Of a DNA stretch of 64,000 nt, positions 17,793-31,200 are shown in pieces. Numbering within the stretch: the stretch's first letter is position 1; each line of letters begins with the position of its first letter. The stretch is from Takakia lepidozioides. Taxonomy: Eukaryota > Plantae > Bryophyta. The position numbers and the translations under genes are program-made. The DNA lies in contig CM060734.1 of NCBI GenBank assembly GCA_030704615.1, forward strand, positions 63,823,426 through 63,887,425, written 5' to 3'. The notes under the pieces are model-generated. The model was not told the DNA's origin. It was given only the letters and a program-made list of their open reading frames with translations, and searched no databases.

Positions 17793-18456
17793 AAACTCGG
17801 AACTTTGGTGCAGATCGCAAACCTGCTGATGGGTTGGGGAGTTTGCAGGGTGCTTTGCGCGCTTTCTCTTTGTTGGGGCTTCTTTCATCGTTTCCATCTC
17901 TGACTCCGAGCTGGTCTCATTCAAGTCTTCATGTGCGGCATAATCTTGGTCTCGCTCCCGTCTCGCTGCAATTCTTGCTCTCGTGCCTCCTCTGTGTCTG
18001 ACTCCGCTACCACCTGCGCTTCCTCCTCTTGCTCTACCTCTTTCTCCCGTTGTGACATTGCAGAGTGCAGGAGTTGAACTCTGTGACTTCGGCGAGGAGG
18101 ACCTGTGTGTTTGAGGATTTCCTCAACGGGCGTTTAGGGCGACTCAATCTCGCTTCGACGCTGCAAAGAAGAAGAAGAAAGACAATGTCAGCAGCAGCAA
18201 AACCCTAACATATCCTCTCTGCAGGTTTGGAGCTTTTAATGCGGTTTCATGGCTAGGGCTAGGTAGGGCATATGAAAAAACGCAAGTTCGGACCTCTTTG
18301 CAATGTCGTAGATCTTCAGTCGTGCGAAGAATGCCTTGTTCTCCGCTTGACGCTTTGCTCGTTCTACCTCCCTCGCTGTAGGCTTGCGCCCTGGTGTAAC
18401 TTCTGGACACTCTATGTCTGTCTCCATTTCCTGACGAGTCTCACTCAGTCGCCAAG

Positions 18457-21400
18457 ATGATCCCTCCTACTGCCCATCGATTGCAAAGGCGGACACAAGC
18501 AGAACATGACGATGACAGATTGTGGAAACTAGAGGAAGCGCGAGCAAGAAGACTGGGTCTTCGGAAAATTCTATGTCCATGCAATGCCTGTCATGGTGGG
18601 AACTGGCAAACCATTGGCCGGGCTAAGCGTCATCTGCTTTTGAACTTGCGAGATCCTAACTTGCGAGAACTCCCGGTGCATATCTGTGGATTCTCTTCCC
18701 TTAACCCTGATGCATACTTTGAAATTATAAGAAACAGTTCAAATTCCTGGTAGCGGGATTGTTGTAAGGTGTAGAGTATTGTACATGCCCGTTTTCCTAT
18801 TGCCACGTGCCTGTATTATGGCACGTTCCACATCCACCATTTCCAACCCTAAACTCCCCATCTTATTGTGGATTGACATGTGGACTGATATGCTTATAAG
18901 CAGGAAAACTCTGGAGACGAACATGAGGGGTTTAGAACGGAAACCAGCCCTGCAGGTGGTCCTGATACCTTGGATCGTAATCTTGACATGCTTAGAATGC
19001 TCCGGGAGACATTCGCAACTACAGATAATGGGGTGCAAACTGGTGATGCACATGAGGAACCGGGAGATGGAACACAGGGCCAATGGGACACAGATGGAGT
19101 GCCAGAGCAGACTGATGGTGGACTGAAGAGCGATGGTGATCGTGGTGCAGCGAGTGCCTTACGTTTTGAGCAGGAGGCATCCAGGGCTTTGTATGTAGGG
19201 AGTTCTTCCTCTCGATTGTCTGCTACCTTACTGCTGTTAAATGCTTGTCAAACCCATGGTGTGTCAAACACCTTTGTCGATGAACTCCTTACATTGTTAG
19301 GAAGACAACTGTTGCCAGCAGACAATTGCCTGCCAAAGTCCCACTATGAGGCAAAACAACTCATAATGGAACTCGGGCTTCATTACGAGAGTATACATGC
19401 ATGTCCGAAAGGTTGTGTGTTGTTCAGAAGGGAGCTTCAAAATTTGGAGGTTTGTCCAAAATGTCAGGCATGTCGTTATGTGGTGGGTACGAAGACACCA
19501 GTACCTCGTAAGGTCCTTCGACATTTCCCTATCATTCCAAGGCTGCTTCGAATGTATAAAGCCAAATCCATCTCAGAGTTATTGTCATGGCACTTTAAGA
19601 ATCGAAGTTTGGATGGCTTGGTTAGGCACCCAGCAGACAGCAAGGCTTGGGCCCACATTGACCAAAAATGGCCTGAGTTTGCAGCGGACCCCAAAATCTG
19701 CGATTGGGTCTCGCATGGGATGGTGTCAATCCTTACAGTGATAAATCAAACAAATGGTCAACTTGGCCTGTCATGTTGGTAAACTATAATCTTCCACCAT
19801 GGCTGTGTACTAAGCCATTTTTCACGATGTTGGCTTTATTGATTCCTGGACCACAATCTGTGGGAAATGACAATGCAGATGTTTATCTGCAGCCCCTTGT
19901 GGATGAGCTGAAATTGTTGTGGGAAGTTGGTGTGGAGGCATTGGATGGAAGTAGCCTAGTGGGGCAACAGTCATTTCGCATGAGGGCCATCTTGATGTGG
20001 TCAATCCACGACTTTCCAGCTTATGGGTTGCTAGCAGGATGCGCACACGGGGGATACAAGGCCTGCCCAGCTTGCGGCCCTAATGTTGATTCCAGGTACT
20101 CCAAGGCATGCAAAAAAGTTTTGTATCTTGGTCATAGGAGATACTTGCCTGCTATTCATCCCTATAGGAATAACTCGTCCCACTTTAATGGACATGTGGA
20201 ACATAGAGCAGCTCCTATGGTGGTCACTGCAAGTGAGCAATTTGACCGGGCTACAACCAGAGAGTTGTATCTCGCAATGGGAGGGGCTGAGGGGGAAAAC
20301 TGGACCCTTCAAAGGAACATGGCATGAAACGGGTCACTGTTTTGAACCAATTGCCATACTGGAAAGACTTACTCATCCGATACACACTGGATGTGATGCA
20401 TTGTGAAAAAAATTTGTGTGAGAATGTGCTGAGAACCATTCTTGGGGAGAAGGACACAGCCACATCTAGGAAGGATATGGAACTCAATGTCATTCGTGAA
20501 CACTTGTGGTTGAGACCCCATCCCTCTCACCCGAACAAGTTGGTCAAGCCTTTGGCCCCATATGTTCTTACTGAAGATGAGAAGGTGCTGTTTTTGGAAA
20601 CATTGGCTGCAGTAAAGGCCCCCACAGGTTATGCTGCCACATTCCAGAAACATGTGGCTGACAATAAACTGTCTACAATGAAAACCCATGACTACCATGT
20701 AATGATGCAGCAGATTTTACCTCTTTGCATTCGAGGGGTATTGGGAAAGGGTCCACGGATGGCAATTATGAGGCTTTCTCGAGTCTTCCAAAAAGTGTGT
20801 GCAAAGATCATTAATCCAGCTGAGGTACCGGCCTTAAAAGAAGATGTTGCAATCACTATGTGTCTGCTGGAGAAAGAATTCCCTCCGTCATTTTTTGATA
20901 TCATGACTCACTTGCTTGTACACCTTGTGGACGAATTGGAGGTGTGTGGTCCCGTGTCTAGCCGTTGGATGTATCCTATGGAACGGTATATGAAGACATT
21001 AAAAGGCTATGTAAGGAATATGAGCCGACCTGAAGGGAGCATGGCGGAAGGGTATGCTTTGGATGAGGCCCTAGGGTTTCTAACTGAGTATATGGCTGAA
21101 TTTCATGCTACAAGCCGAAGGGTGTGGGACTCCAATGAAAAAGACTCAGTTAGTGGGGAGGTGGTTGAAGGATTGGGAACTGTACGAGTCCTCACCATTC
21201 AAGAACGAGACAGTGCACACGAGTATATTTTGCACAACACAGATTGCATGAAACCATTCCTTGAGTAAGTATGTTGCTTATCATATCCTGTGTGTTTCAT
21301 TTCTGCCAATGGTATAAGCTGTAATCCTAATTTGCAATTCTCATTTGGACAGGGCCTATGAAGAGGAGATGGCACTCATAGAAGCATCCCGCACTGAGTT

Positions 21401-22265
21401 CAGAACAGCATACCTTTGTGGACAAGACCAAGACCACCACAATGGAGAAATTCCATACCCAACAGATATGCGCTTACTGGCTCCATTCCATGAATGGATT
21501 GAAGGTGCTGTCCAACGCAAGGTGAGTTCAGGTGAGTCCTATGATTTGGACATATGCCATTTATGTATACCACCAGCAGTACAGTCATTGGGCTTCAAGT
21601 CCATGTATGCTTACGGCAATCACTTTCGAGCAATAAGTGATGGGACTGGCGCCAGAGACAGGGTGACATTTGATTCTGGAGTTGCTCAAGTATTCCATCA
21701 GGAAAGCGAAAACAGAGCAGGTATGTCCAGACGAGTGTTATCCCAATTGGAATATGTGGGTGTTGTAAGAGAAATAATTCAACTGGATTACGGAATTCTT
21801 CACCCAATTCTGTTCTTGTGTACATGGGTGAGGTCACACATGGTGGGCCGGAATGCCACCATGAAACGAGATGATTATGGCTTTCTCTTGGTTGACTTCA
21901 GTCGCATGTTGCCTGGGATGGAGCAGCCCTGGACATTCCCTAGTCAGGTGGAGCAAGTTTTTTTCTCGGATGAAAAAAGTTCACGAGGGAACTGGAAGGT
22001 GGTCCTTCACAAGGACCCTCGATCCCGACGAGTGGTTCACGATATTACAGAAGTGGCACTGGGTGAGGGAGACATTTATGTAGGCATGGTGCCTCCTGAA
22101 ATTCCTCATAACATCATGACTGAGCTTGCTGTTTGTGTTCCTTTGAGTGAGGCAGATGAATTGGCCATTGCCAACTTGAATGCACCTGCAAGGCAGAGGC
22201 AAAATGGTAGAAGGCGGAGGCAAGCTCCACATGGGAGGTACCAAGCCAGTTGTGCTATGGTGTAG
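18457..22265 (+). pseudogene. CACTA TnpD transposase (transposase-associated, Transposase_21, DUF4218 and DUF4216-like regions), frameshifted
   Basis: Motifs CPCNAC...HL, IHACPKGC, RHPADSKAW, DGVNPY, YNLPPW, IHDFPAYG, LDVMHCEKN, FDIMTHL, WMYPMERYM and FPSQVEQVFF. Frameshifts near 19697 and 20300; GT-AG intron at ~21266-21351. Confidence 0.93.
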
Positions 22266-23872
22266 AGTTGGTTTCTGCTATTGCATGTACTTTTCCAGGG
22301 TTTAGACTTGATACAGCATGGTACCTTCCATGGGTGGGAGTGACTGAGCTGTTGGGGTGGGCAGAATTCTGACAAACACACTTTCATTTGTGACAGTGAA
22401 CCCTAAACAGTCATGAAGCTGTGGCATGAATCTTTTCTGACCCTAATCAATGGTGGCCCAATTGTGGGAAAAAGGTGAATGCATGTTGGATTATAGAGAG
22501 TAGCAGATGCAATTGAGCATAGGAACTAGTGTGAGAAGTTGAGTTGGGTGTTTCCTTGAACAAATGTAGGCTGTTATTGTCAGTTGCTACCAGCAAGGCA
22601 AAGATGTATGCATGATTTGTGAGAGGCATGGATAGCTGAAGGAGCAGGGATAGAGTGTGGGTCCAGATTCATCGGTGAGGGCCACATTTCAAGCACAACA
22701 TTGCCTATGATTCCTTGTGGAAGGATTGGTACAAGAAACCTGCATGGGTAGATGGTCAACTGGAAGCCGCAGCAGCAGCGGCACAATTGGTAAAATCAGG
22801 CGATGAGGGCACCTTCTTCAACACATTTCAGCCTGTTTTTCCCCCTTATCACAATCGGCCCTAAATTTCCATGTTGAATTATGCAAGTTAGCTGGTTGAC
22901 TGAATCTTTGATAGATTGGAGTGACTTTGACATGATACTGCCAATGTGACAACAGGAAAGTATCCAAAAACAGGTACAAGAGATGAGGAGAAGGTGTGGA
23001 ATGAATACTTTTCTGATTTGGTCAAGTTTAGGGAGTGTTCAACACCATGGCTGAACAAGATGTGGTGTCGTGGAGCGCGATGCTTGCAGGATGTGCACAG
23101 CAGTGAAGTGGGATGGAGCCTTTGAATTGCTGAATTGGCCATTGCCAACTTGAATGCACCTGCAAGGCAGAGGCGAAATGGTAGAAGGCGGAGGCAAGCT
23201 CCACATGGGAGGTACCAAGCCAGTTGTGCTATGGTGTAGAGTTGGTTTCTGCTATTGCATGTACTTTTCCAGGGTTTATACTTGATACAGCATGGTACCT
23301 TACATGGGTGGGAGTGACTGAGCTGTTGGGGTGGGCAGAATTCTGACAAACACACTTTCATTTGTGACAGTGAACCCTAAACAGTCATGAAGCTGTGGCA
23401 TGAATACTTTTCTGACCCTAATCAATGGTGGCCCAATTGTGGCAAAAAGGTGAATGTCTGTTGGATTACAGAGAGTAGCAGATGCAATTGAGCATATGAA
23501 CTAGTGTGAGAAGTTGAGTTGGGTGTTTCCTAGAACAAATGTAGGCTGTTATTGTCAGCTGCTACCAGCAAGGCAAGGATGTATGCATGATTTGTGCAGA
23601 GGCATGGATAGCTGAAGGAGCAGGGATAGAGTGTGGGTCCAGATTCATCGGTGAGGGCCACATTTCAAGCACAACATTGCCTATGATTCCTTGTGGGAGA
23701 ATAGCTACAAGAAACCTGCATGGGTAGATGGTCAACTGGAAGCCGCAGCAGCAGCGACACAATTGGTAAAATCAGGCAATGAGGGCACCTTCTTCAACAC
23801 ATTTCACCCTGTTTTTCCCTCTTATTAGAATCGGCCCTAAATTTCCATGTTGAATTCTGCAAGTTAGCTGGT
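22157..23872 (+). repeat. Direct duplication of ~740 bp (22157-22895, 23131-23872) covering the TnpD 3' end and captured gene fragments
   Basis: Both copies begin TGAATTGGCCATTGCC and end GCAAGTTAGCTGGT. Confidence 0.9.
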
Positions 23873-24240
23873 GGTGGACACATGTATAGCAAATGTGGGA
23901 GCACTGAGGATGCGTGTTCAACACTATGGCTGAACGAGATTGTGCGTTTGCAGTGCGTGTGCAAGTCTGGCAGCTTTGGATGCATCACCAAAGTTGGAAT
24001 TGTAACAGATGCGATCCAAATGTGGGGAGCATCAAGGGTATGCCAAATGCCTCGTATGCCAAATGTGGGAGCATCAAGGGCAAACCTGGCAGCTCTGGAA
24101 AAAGGGAAGAGGTCCATGGCTTCATTGTCAAAGCTGGAATTCTACCTGATGTGATTCTGAACAATGCCCTCGTGGACATGTATGCCAAATGTGGGAGCAT
24201 CAAGGATGCGAAGGCAGTTTTCCAACACTATGGCTCTTGG
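22900..24240 (+). pseudogene. Captured PPR and OSB-type PDF-motif gene fragments inside the CACTA element
   Basis: YSKCGSTEDA and EEVHGFIVKAGILPDVILNNALVDMYAKCGSIKDAK (PPR); KLWHEYFSDPNQWW (~23389-23431) and PHFKHNIAYDSLWENSYKKPAWVDGQL (~23658-23738). Confidence 0.75.
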
Positions 24241-25349
24241 AGTGATTTTGACATGTACCAGCGAAGGGGAGAAAGTGGGGCCCTCAGTAGACGAGTTGAA
24301 AAGCACTAGTTAAAAAGCACTGGCGCTTGATAGGGTGGGGCAAAATTCAGGCTGGGGTGATCATTGATATCCCGGACGCAATGTAAAAAAGACGGTTGTG
24401 AGTGAAGGACACCCGTAGCAAAAAAACCCTGCTGTCTCAAAAAAGGAGGCAGTCACAAAGAGCAAGGCACTTTGTCCAAGCTTCTCGAATCTAGCAACAA
24501 TGTGGACAGGGATTGAGTCATTGGGAACAATTTATGTAAGGTGGCGAAGAAAACCTTGTCTGAGGATCACTGGATATTTCTCTAGTACGGTTGGACTAGT
24601 AGAGATTGAAATCCGTGCTCAGCTTAGCTTCAGATTGTCTCATTGTGAAGGGTCACGGTTGACTGGACAGAAATGGGATTGACATTGCCGGGCTCCCAAA
24701 TCTCTGAGACGACATGTGGTAGTTTTATCTATAGCTTCTCAAAGCAATTGTTTTACATTGTTCATTATAGTGTGACATTCTCATAACGATATTGTCGTCA
24801 GCTGCATGAGCAGTGCATCTTTTTGGATTGTTGGTCCCCATAACCCTAATAACCTTTTTGAACTTTTTAAATTCTCTAAACAAAAGTCTATGTGTTATGT
24901 CGTCCAGGGCATGTTGAATAGAGGTGGAAGTCATTTTATCCATCCATCTTCCACCTGGATGTCAATGGGCCAAGTCATATCCACCTTGATGGTCAATGTG
25001 CCACGCCATATAGTTGCCCCAAATTCCTGTAGGACATCTGACACTCACCTCACACTCCATGACTCATTTGACACTCATGTCAAATGCCCCATATGAATTA
25101 TCTTGGTCAACATTTGTTGACCGTATGGGTGTCATTTGAGTGTGAAATTTGTAACACCATGTGGCTTTTCCTACAATGATCCAAATCACACCTTGCCTCG
25201 TCTCACATGGGTGTAAGAAGAGCCGTTCAAAGTGCCAGGTGTGAACTATGGGTGGTGTTGGAAAAACCGGTTTCTGTAGTAGTGTTTCAAGCTTTAGAGA
25301 GCTAGAATGGAAGGGCTAGGGCTGGTTTCCACTTGGGTGAAAGAAAAAC

Positions 25350-26560
25350 ACCTGTGAGGGGCTGTGTCGGGCTGTGCCGGTGGCCTTCCGAGCTATGACG
25401 AGTTGTGAGGGGCTGTATCGGGCTGTGCCGGTGGCCTTCCGGGCTGCGCCAGGCTGTGAGGGGCTGTGTCGGGCTGTGCCGGTGGCCTTCTGGGCTGTGA
25501 CGAGCTGTGCCGGGCTGCGCCAGGCTGTGAGGGGCTGTGTCAGGCTGTGACGAGCTGTGCCGGGCTGAGAGGGGCTGTGTCGGGCTGTGCCAGTGGCCTT
25601 CCGGGCTGTGACGAGCTGTGGCGGGTTGCGCCCGGCTGTGAGGGGCTGTGTCGGGCTGTGCCGGTGGCCTTCCGGGCTGTGTCGGGCTGCGTCGGGCTGT
25701 GAGGGGCTGTGTCGGGCTGTGCCGGTGGCCTTCCGGGCTGTGACGAGCTGTGCCGGGCTGCGCCGGGCTGTGAGGGGCTGTGTCGGGCTGTGTCAGTGGC
25801 CTTCCAGGCTGTGACGAGCTGTGCCGGGCTGAGAGGGGCTGTGTCGGGCTGTGCCGGTGGCCTTCCGGGCTGTGACGAGTTGTGGCGGGCTGCGCCGGGC
25901 GGAGAGGGCTGTGTCGGGCTGTGGTCGGTGGCCTTCCGGGCTGTGACGAGCTGTGGCGGGCTGCACCAGGCTGTGAGGGGCTGTGTCGGGCTGTGCCGGT
26001 GGCCTTCCGGGCTGTGACGAGTTGTGCCGGGCTGTGAGGGGCTGTGTCGGGCTGTGCCGGTGGCCTTCCGGGCTGTGACGAGCTGTGTCGGGCTGAGAGG
26101 GGCTGTGTAGGGCTGTGCCGGTGGCCTTCCGAGCTGTGACGAGCTGTGCCGGGCTGCGCCGGGCTGTGATGGGCTGTGCCGGTGGCCTTTAGGGCTGTGA
26201 CGGGCTGTCACGGGCTGCGCCAGTGGCCTTCAGGGCTGTGACGGGCTGCGCCCCTGGCCTTTGGGGCTGTGACGGGCTGTGACAGGCTGTGCCCATGGCC
26301 TTTGGGGCTGTGATGGGCCGTGAGGGGCTGTGATAGGCCGTGCCTGAGGCCTTTGGGGCTGTGACGGGCTGTGACAGGCCGTGCCTGAGGCCTTTGGGGC
26401 TGTGACGGGTTGTGACAGGCCGTGCCTGAGGCCTTTAGGGCTGTGAGGGGCTGTGACAGGCCGTGCCCGAGGCCTTTGGGGCTGGGGCCTATGTAGGGCT
26501 GTGACGACTGTGACCAGTGACCAATGTAGGCTGTGCTGGTCTGTGGTGGCCCGTGTTGAC
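25350..26560 (+). repeat. GC/CpG-rich tandem array of 10-bp GGGCTGTGNC subunits (higher-order unit ~70 bp) in the outer element's 5' UTR
   Basis: Repeated GGGCTGTGTCGGGCTGTGCCGGTGGCCTTCCGGGCTGTGACGAGCTGTGCCGGGCTG, degrading towards the 3' end. Confidence 0.92.
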
Positions 26561-26655
26561 CTGTGGAGGGCCAGTGCTGACTCGTGGAGGCACTGGTGGA
26601 CTGCCTAAGGACTGGCATGTGGTCTTGAAGGCGGAATTTTGACGCTCGTGGAGGG

Positions 26656-27571
26656 TGTTAGAGGGCTGTCTGGGACATAGTCACATTTACAGGGGATCTG
26701 TGGAATACCAGGGGATCTGTGGGACTTAGACACATTACAAGGGATCTGTGGGGTACCCTTAAATTTTGCAGTCACAGCCAGTCACAGCCACACAGCCATA
26801 CCCAGGCCGACACAGCCCGACACAGCCACACAGCCATACCCAGGCCGACACAGCCCGACACAGCCACACAGCCATACACAGCCCGTCACAGCCCGACTCA
26901 GTTGCACAGCTAGTCACAGCCATACACAGCCCGTCACAGTGCACACAGCCAGTCACAGCTTGACACAGCTGTCACAGTCATAGGGAACGACTGTGGGGAA
27001 CAACATCTGCGAAGGGAACATGTAGTTCACGGATGACGGTTAGTGAGGGAAGCGGTTAGAGCAGCTGATAGGAGATAAAATCAGGAGCGGGGACGGGAGA
27101 GGGGGACTTCTTGGATCACTTCTTGGGGGATCATTTCTGGGAAGTGAGAGGGCGGATAGAGGGGAGCTTGGGAGTACAAGGAGGATGTTACCACAGCAGA
27201 AGGGAGGAGGAGACAATTGCGACTTAGTTAGTATAAGCTGGTGAATTACATAGAGAGGTAGATTAGAGAAACTGTGGCATCAATATGTATCTGATTCTTA
27301 TTAATCTGATTCTTATCCGATACAAGCACACTGTGTAGAGAGACCTGAGAGAAGTTGTGCATGAATGGAATCAGGGGATCAAAGGAGCAACCATGAACTG
27401 AGAATATGAAACCAATAAGGAATATAAATTGGAAACCCAACCATGATTCACTAGCTGCACGTCATGTCTGATTGTTCCACGCGGGTTGAATGCTTAGAGA
27501 TATCCAACTCTTCTATCTTGGAGTTTCCCCCTCGGATAACGAAGGGATGGGTGAGTAAAAGCCGCGCGACA
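26656..27571 (+). repeat. 5' LTR (916 bp)
   Basis: TGTTAGAGGGCTG...GCCGCGCGACA; contains CACAGCC tandem motifs. Confidence 0.95.
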
Positions 27572-27573
27572 TT

Positions 27574-27591
27574 TGGCGACCATACTGGGGA
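27574..27591 (+). other. Primer-binding site, probably tRNA-Arg type
   Basis: TGGCGACCATACTGGGGA 2 nt after the LTR; resembles the TGGCGAC...CTGGGG PBS of Tat/Ogre elements. Confidence 0.75.
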
Positions 27592-28259
27592 ACTGAGTCA
27601 TGAACAACCAGATGTGACAGGCATCTGGTGGGATCATGGTGGATGGAGAATTAAAAAATTTGATGTGAATCAAATTCCTTGTGGAACAAAGAAGGAAAGA
27701 TTGTCTAAACAATTCTTTCAGAGGTTCTTGGAATTGCCAGACGGTTGTAAAGAAAATATTCTGAAGAGAGTGCATGATGCTGACCCGGAATGGGGTCTGG
27801 AGAAATGAGTGATACAGATTTATCAGGTAGCCTGTAGAGGAAGAGCACGTTGGTTACCCACACTAGTTTATGTGATAGCCTTGCTATCCATTAAAAGAGT
27901 GGAGTTTGAAAGCTGGGAGGAAAGAAAAGTGAATGTTTACACTCATATGCATGAGGAGCTTGTACTGGTAAAGAATTGGATTCCAAAGGATATTTTGTGG
28001 ATCAAGCTCACACCAAGAACAGCTTTTCAGACTTGTTTACCATATGGGTATATGGTAACAGAGACCTCCAGTATGGCCAGAGGTACATTGAAGCTTGAAA
28101 GAAACCCAGGCATATACGAGAGATACTACAGAAGAGAGTTTTGGTCATTGCCACACTAAAGAAATGAAAGACATGGGACATGAGTGATGAAAGAGAAGCT
28201 AGACTCCAAAGATATTCAGCAAAAAGAGAAATTTATCTGAAAGCTAATTATCCATACCT

Positions 28260-31200
28260 TTGGGACAGAGGAATAGACATTGGGGAATCATCTGGACTCT
28301 CACACCATTGAGATCAGGGAGTACAACACCCATACCGGAAGAGCTAGAGTTGGATACTACACCTTCTTTTTCGTTGCAAGAAAGATTAAGGGATTTGGTA
28401 GAGGAAGAAGATCCAACACGAGGTGGAAGATCGGAGGTACATCCCTGGGTAAAAGACTTGACAGAAATCTTTGATAAGAAATGGCATGGAACACCAAGAG
28501 CAGGAACTCCAGTTTCTGAAACTGAAGATGAGGTGGAAGAGCCAACGGAGAGTTCAAACTCTCCAACACTATTACAAAACAGTTACATGAGTGAAGAAGA
28601 AGAAGCCCAAGGGCAGAACTTGGAAGATGAAAACAGAGAGAGGAAATTGCAAGATGAGGGATATGAAGAAGTAGACCCAGCAGCTGAGGTTGAGACTACA
28701 ACCAGGACATCCCAACCCGTTGGACCTGGATCAAGTGGAGCACTTGGATCACAGGCCAATGAAGGTGTCGGCTCAGAGGGATCAGGCGGAAGACCTGGAT
28801 CTGGCTCTGGGGGGACAGGGAGTGTGGAAAGTAGTGCAACTGAGGCTGGGAATACTGTGAGTATAGTAAGGCCAGGAGCAGGAAGTGCTCAAGGGCCAGT
28901 ACTTGGTGGAAGAACCACCACAACTACTACAGGTCCTCAAGGACCAGCATCAGCCAAGGGGCCAACAACTGTCAGGGGGCAGGGTGTAGGGTCACAGATG
29001 GCGTTACAACCAACACGGGCAAAACCACATTTTCCAATATATTCAGGAAAAGGGGATCCTGATGTGCACATTAGCCAATTTGAGCACATGTGCATAGTGA
29101 ACAATGAGAATGGCGATGATGCCAAGATGAGATTGTTTCCATGTTCACTCATAAAGAAAGCCAGTGAATGGTATACAAGATTCCCTGATAATCATTTCCT
29201 AACCTGGAATGGCTTGAGTACAGCGTTCCGAAATAGGTTCAGGACTAGTAAAACTGAGGATGAAGTGTATGGAAGTTTACAACAGTTTGAAGCAGAAGAA
29301 GCATGAAACTGTTGAAGAGTATATGGAGAAAATGGAATTGATGATGAAAAAGTTGGTTGCTATACCAGCACCAGGATTGCAGAAGGCTTGGTTTGTGAAT
29401 GGACTAAGACCAGAGTTGCAAAAGAAAGTTGACATGTTACCCCACAATACAGTGGAGGAGGCATTTGAAACAGCAAACAGAATTGAGCAATTGGGAATGC
29501 TCAGGAAGGAGAAAAGGGATGAAGAGGACTCTGAGGATGAGTCAGATGAGGAAGAAGAGCTAGAGCAAAAGAAGAAGAGTAAAAGGAAGGAAAAGATGAA
29601 GAGGGAAAATTATGAGAAAAGATTAGAATAAATCTTGAAAAAATATGCCACAGAGGCTGCAACACATTGGAGGAAGGGTGTCTGGTGTGCAAAATGCCAG
29701 AATGAAGGCCACACCACCACTGAATGCCATATGAAGGAAAAACACTGTACTATCTGTAAAATGGATAACGATTCTACTGAGAATTGTTACTACAACAGAA
29801 GGACAGCAGCAAGAGAACCTAGGCAAGTAAGGATGCATCAAGTGCAACCCCAGCCAGGAAGAAACAATGATCAGGACCACTATGGTAGGCTTGATGGTTA
29901 TAACAATGGCATGGGAAGAGGTAATCCAAGAGGGAATTACCAAGGGAATTTCAGAGGCAACTATCAGGGTAATTCAAGAGGAAATTACCAGCCAAGAAAT
30001 CAGGATTACAGAAATAATCCTAGAACAGACCAAGGGCGAGGACCCAATGGAGAAGAACTGTGTTACTATTGTAATCAGGCAGGACATCGCAAGGCGGCTT
30101 GTCCATTCTGGATCAGACACCAGAATGAGATGAGAGCTCATGTGAATGAAGGGCCAGTAGTGGCAGCCCACATGGTTAGGCCATGTGTTGTACCGGAAGT
30201 CAGTACAATGATAGTAACCAGAAGCAAAGCCAAATTAATACCTCCAGTGGAAGAGGAAGTGGATGATAATGAAGATGGCAGTGATGTGCCTGAAGATGAT
30301 GAGGCTTGGAGAGATGAGAAAGAACTACATAAAGAAGTGGCAGATACCATAAGAGAAATGCAGAAGAGTACTGATATTCCCATAGCAGATTCCTCAGACT
30401 CTGAAAGAGAAGAAGAAGTCAGTGAGGAAGAAGGAAAGAAGGAAGCTGCAAAAGTACAGAGTATGGAGGGGACTTTGGCTGAAGTGATATGCCAGTCCAA
30501 GGTGGAAATTACCATTGGACAGCTATTGGCTGTGGCACCTTATTGTAGACACATGCTGTATCAAGCAATCAACAGGATTGCCCATTTGACAGAGAACACA
30601 GACCTGAACAGCAAGGTAACCAGTTATAATATGAAGCCAGAAGGGCGAGGATTTTGATGATTCTATGCCAGTAATCCAATTGAGAATTGGAAGCACAGAA
30701 CTAACTGATGTACTGATAGATGGAGGCTCTGCAGTGAATATCATGACAGATCAGTTGAGGCAGAAGCTTGGTCTAAATAACATGAAATCAGCCCCATTTA
30801 CAGTAACAATGGCAGATCAAAGGAGTGTTCAGCCATTGGGATTGATAAGAGGAGTTAAAATACAGATTCAAAAGATGATCTTTATGATCACAGTAACTGT
30901 GTTGAAAATGGATGAGGTCATGGAAGCTTATTCCTTATTGTTGGGTCGACCATGGCTGAAACAGGCCAGGGTATCTCATGACTGGAATTCACAGTTACTA
31001 ACTGTGCAGGATAGGTTGCACAAGATACAAATCACCACGAAGAAATCTGAAAGATTATCTGTTACAAGAAGACCAAGAGGGGTCAGAGAGTATGATTGGA
31101 AAGAAGGACTGGATGAGGAGCAGGAAGCTACCTTGTTCGCTGCACACCCAGAGTGGGAACAGGTTGCAGAGATGCAATTAGAAGGTCTCAGTTGTCTAAA

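Larger units (their letters stand above)
11855..25284 (+). mobile_element. Autonomous-type CACTA (En/Spm) element, 13.4 kb, degenerate
   Basis: TIRs CACTAGTACAGAAACTGGTTTTT / AAAAACCGGTTTCTGTAGTAGTG, TSD TTT (11852-11854, 25285-25287), internal TnpD transposase. Confidence 0.93.

Noticed and set aside
25350-26560. CRISPR-like regular repeats (also 34265-34530)
   Set aside because: No unique spacers, no cas genes, and a eukaryotic retrotransposon context.
25466-26618. Several long Cys/Gly/Ala- or Ser/Pro-rich ORFs
   Set aside because: They are translations of the GC-rich tandem array, open in several frames on both strands.
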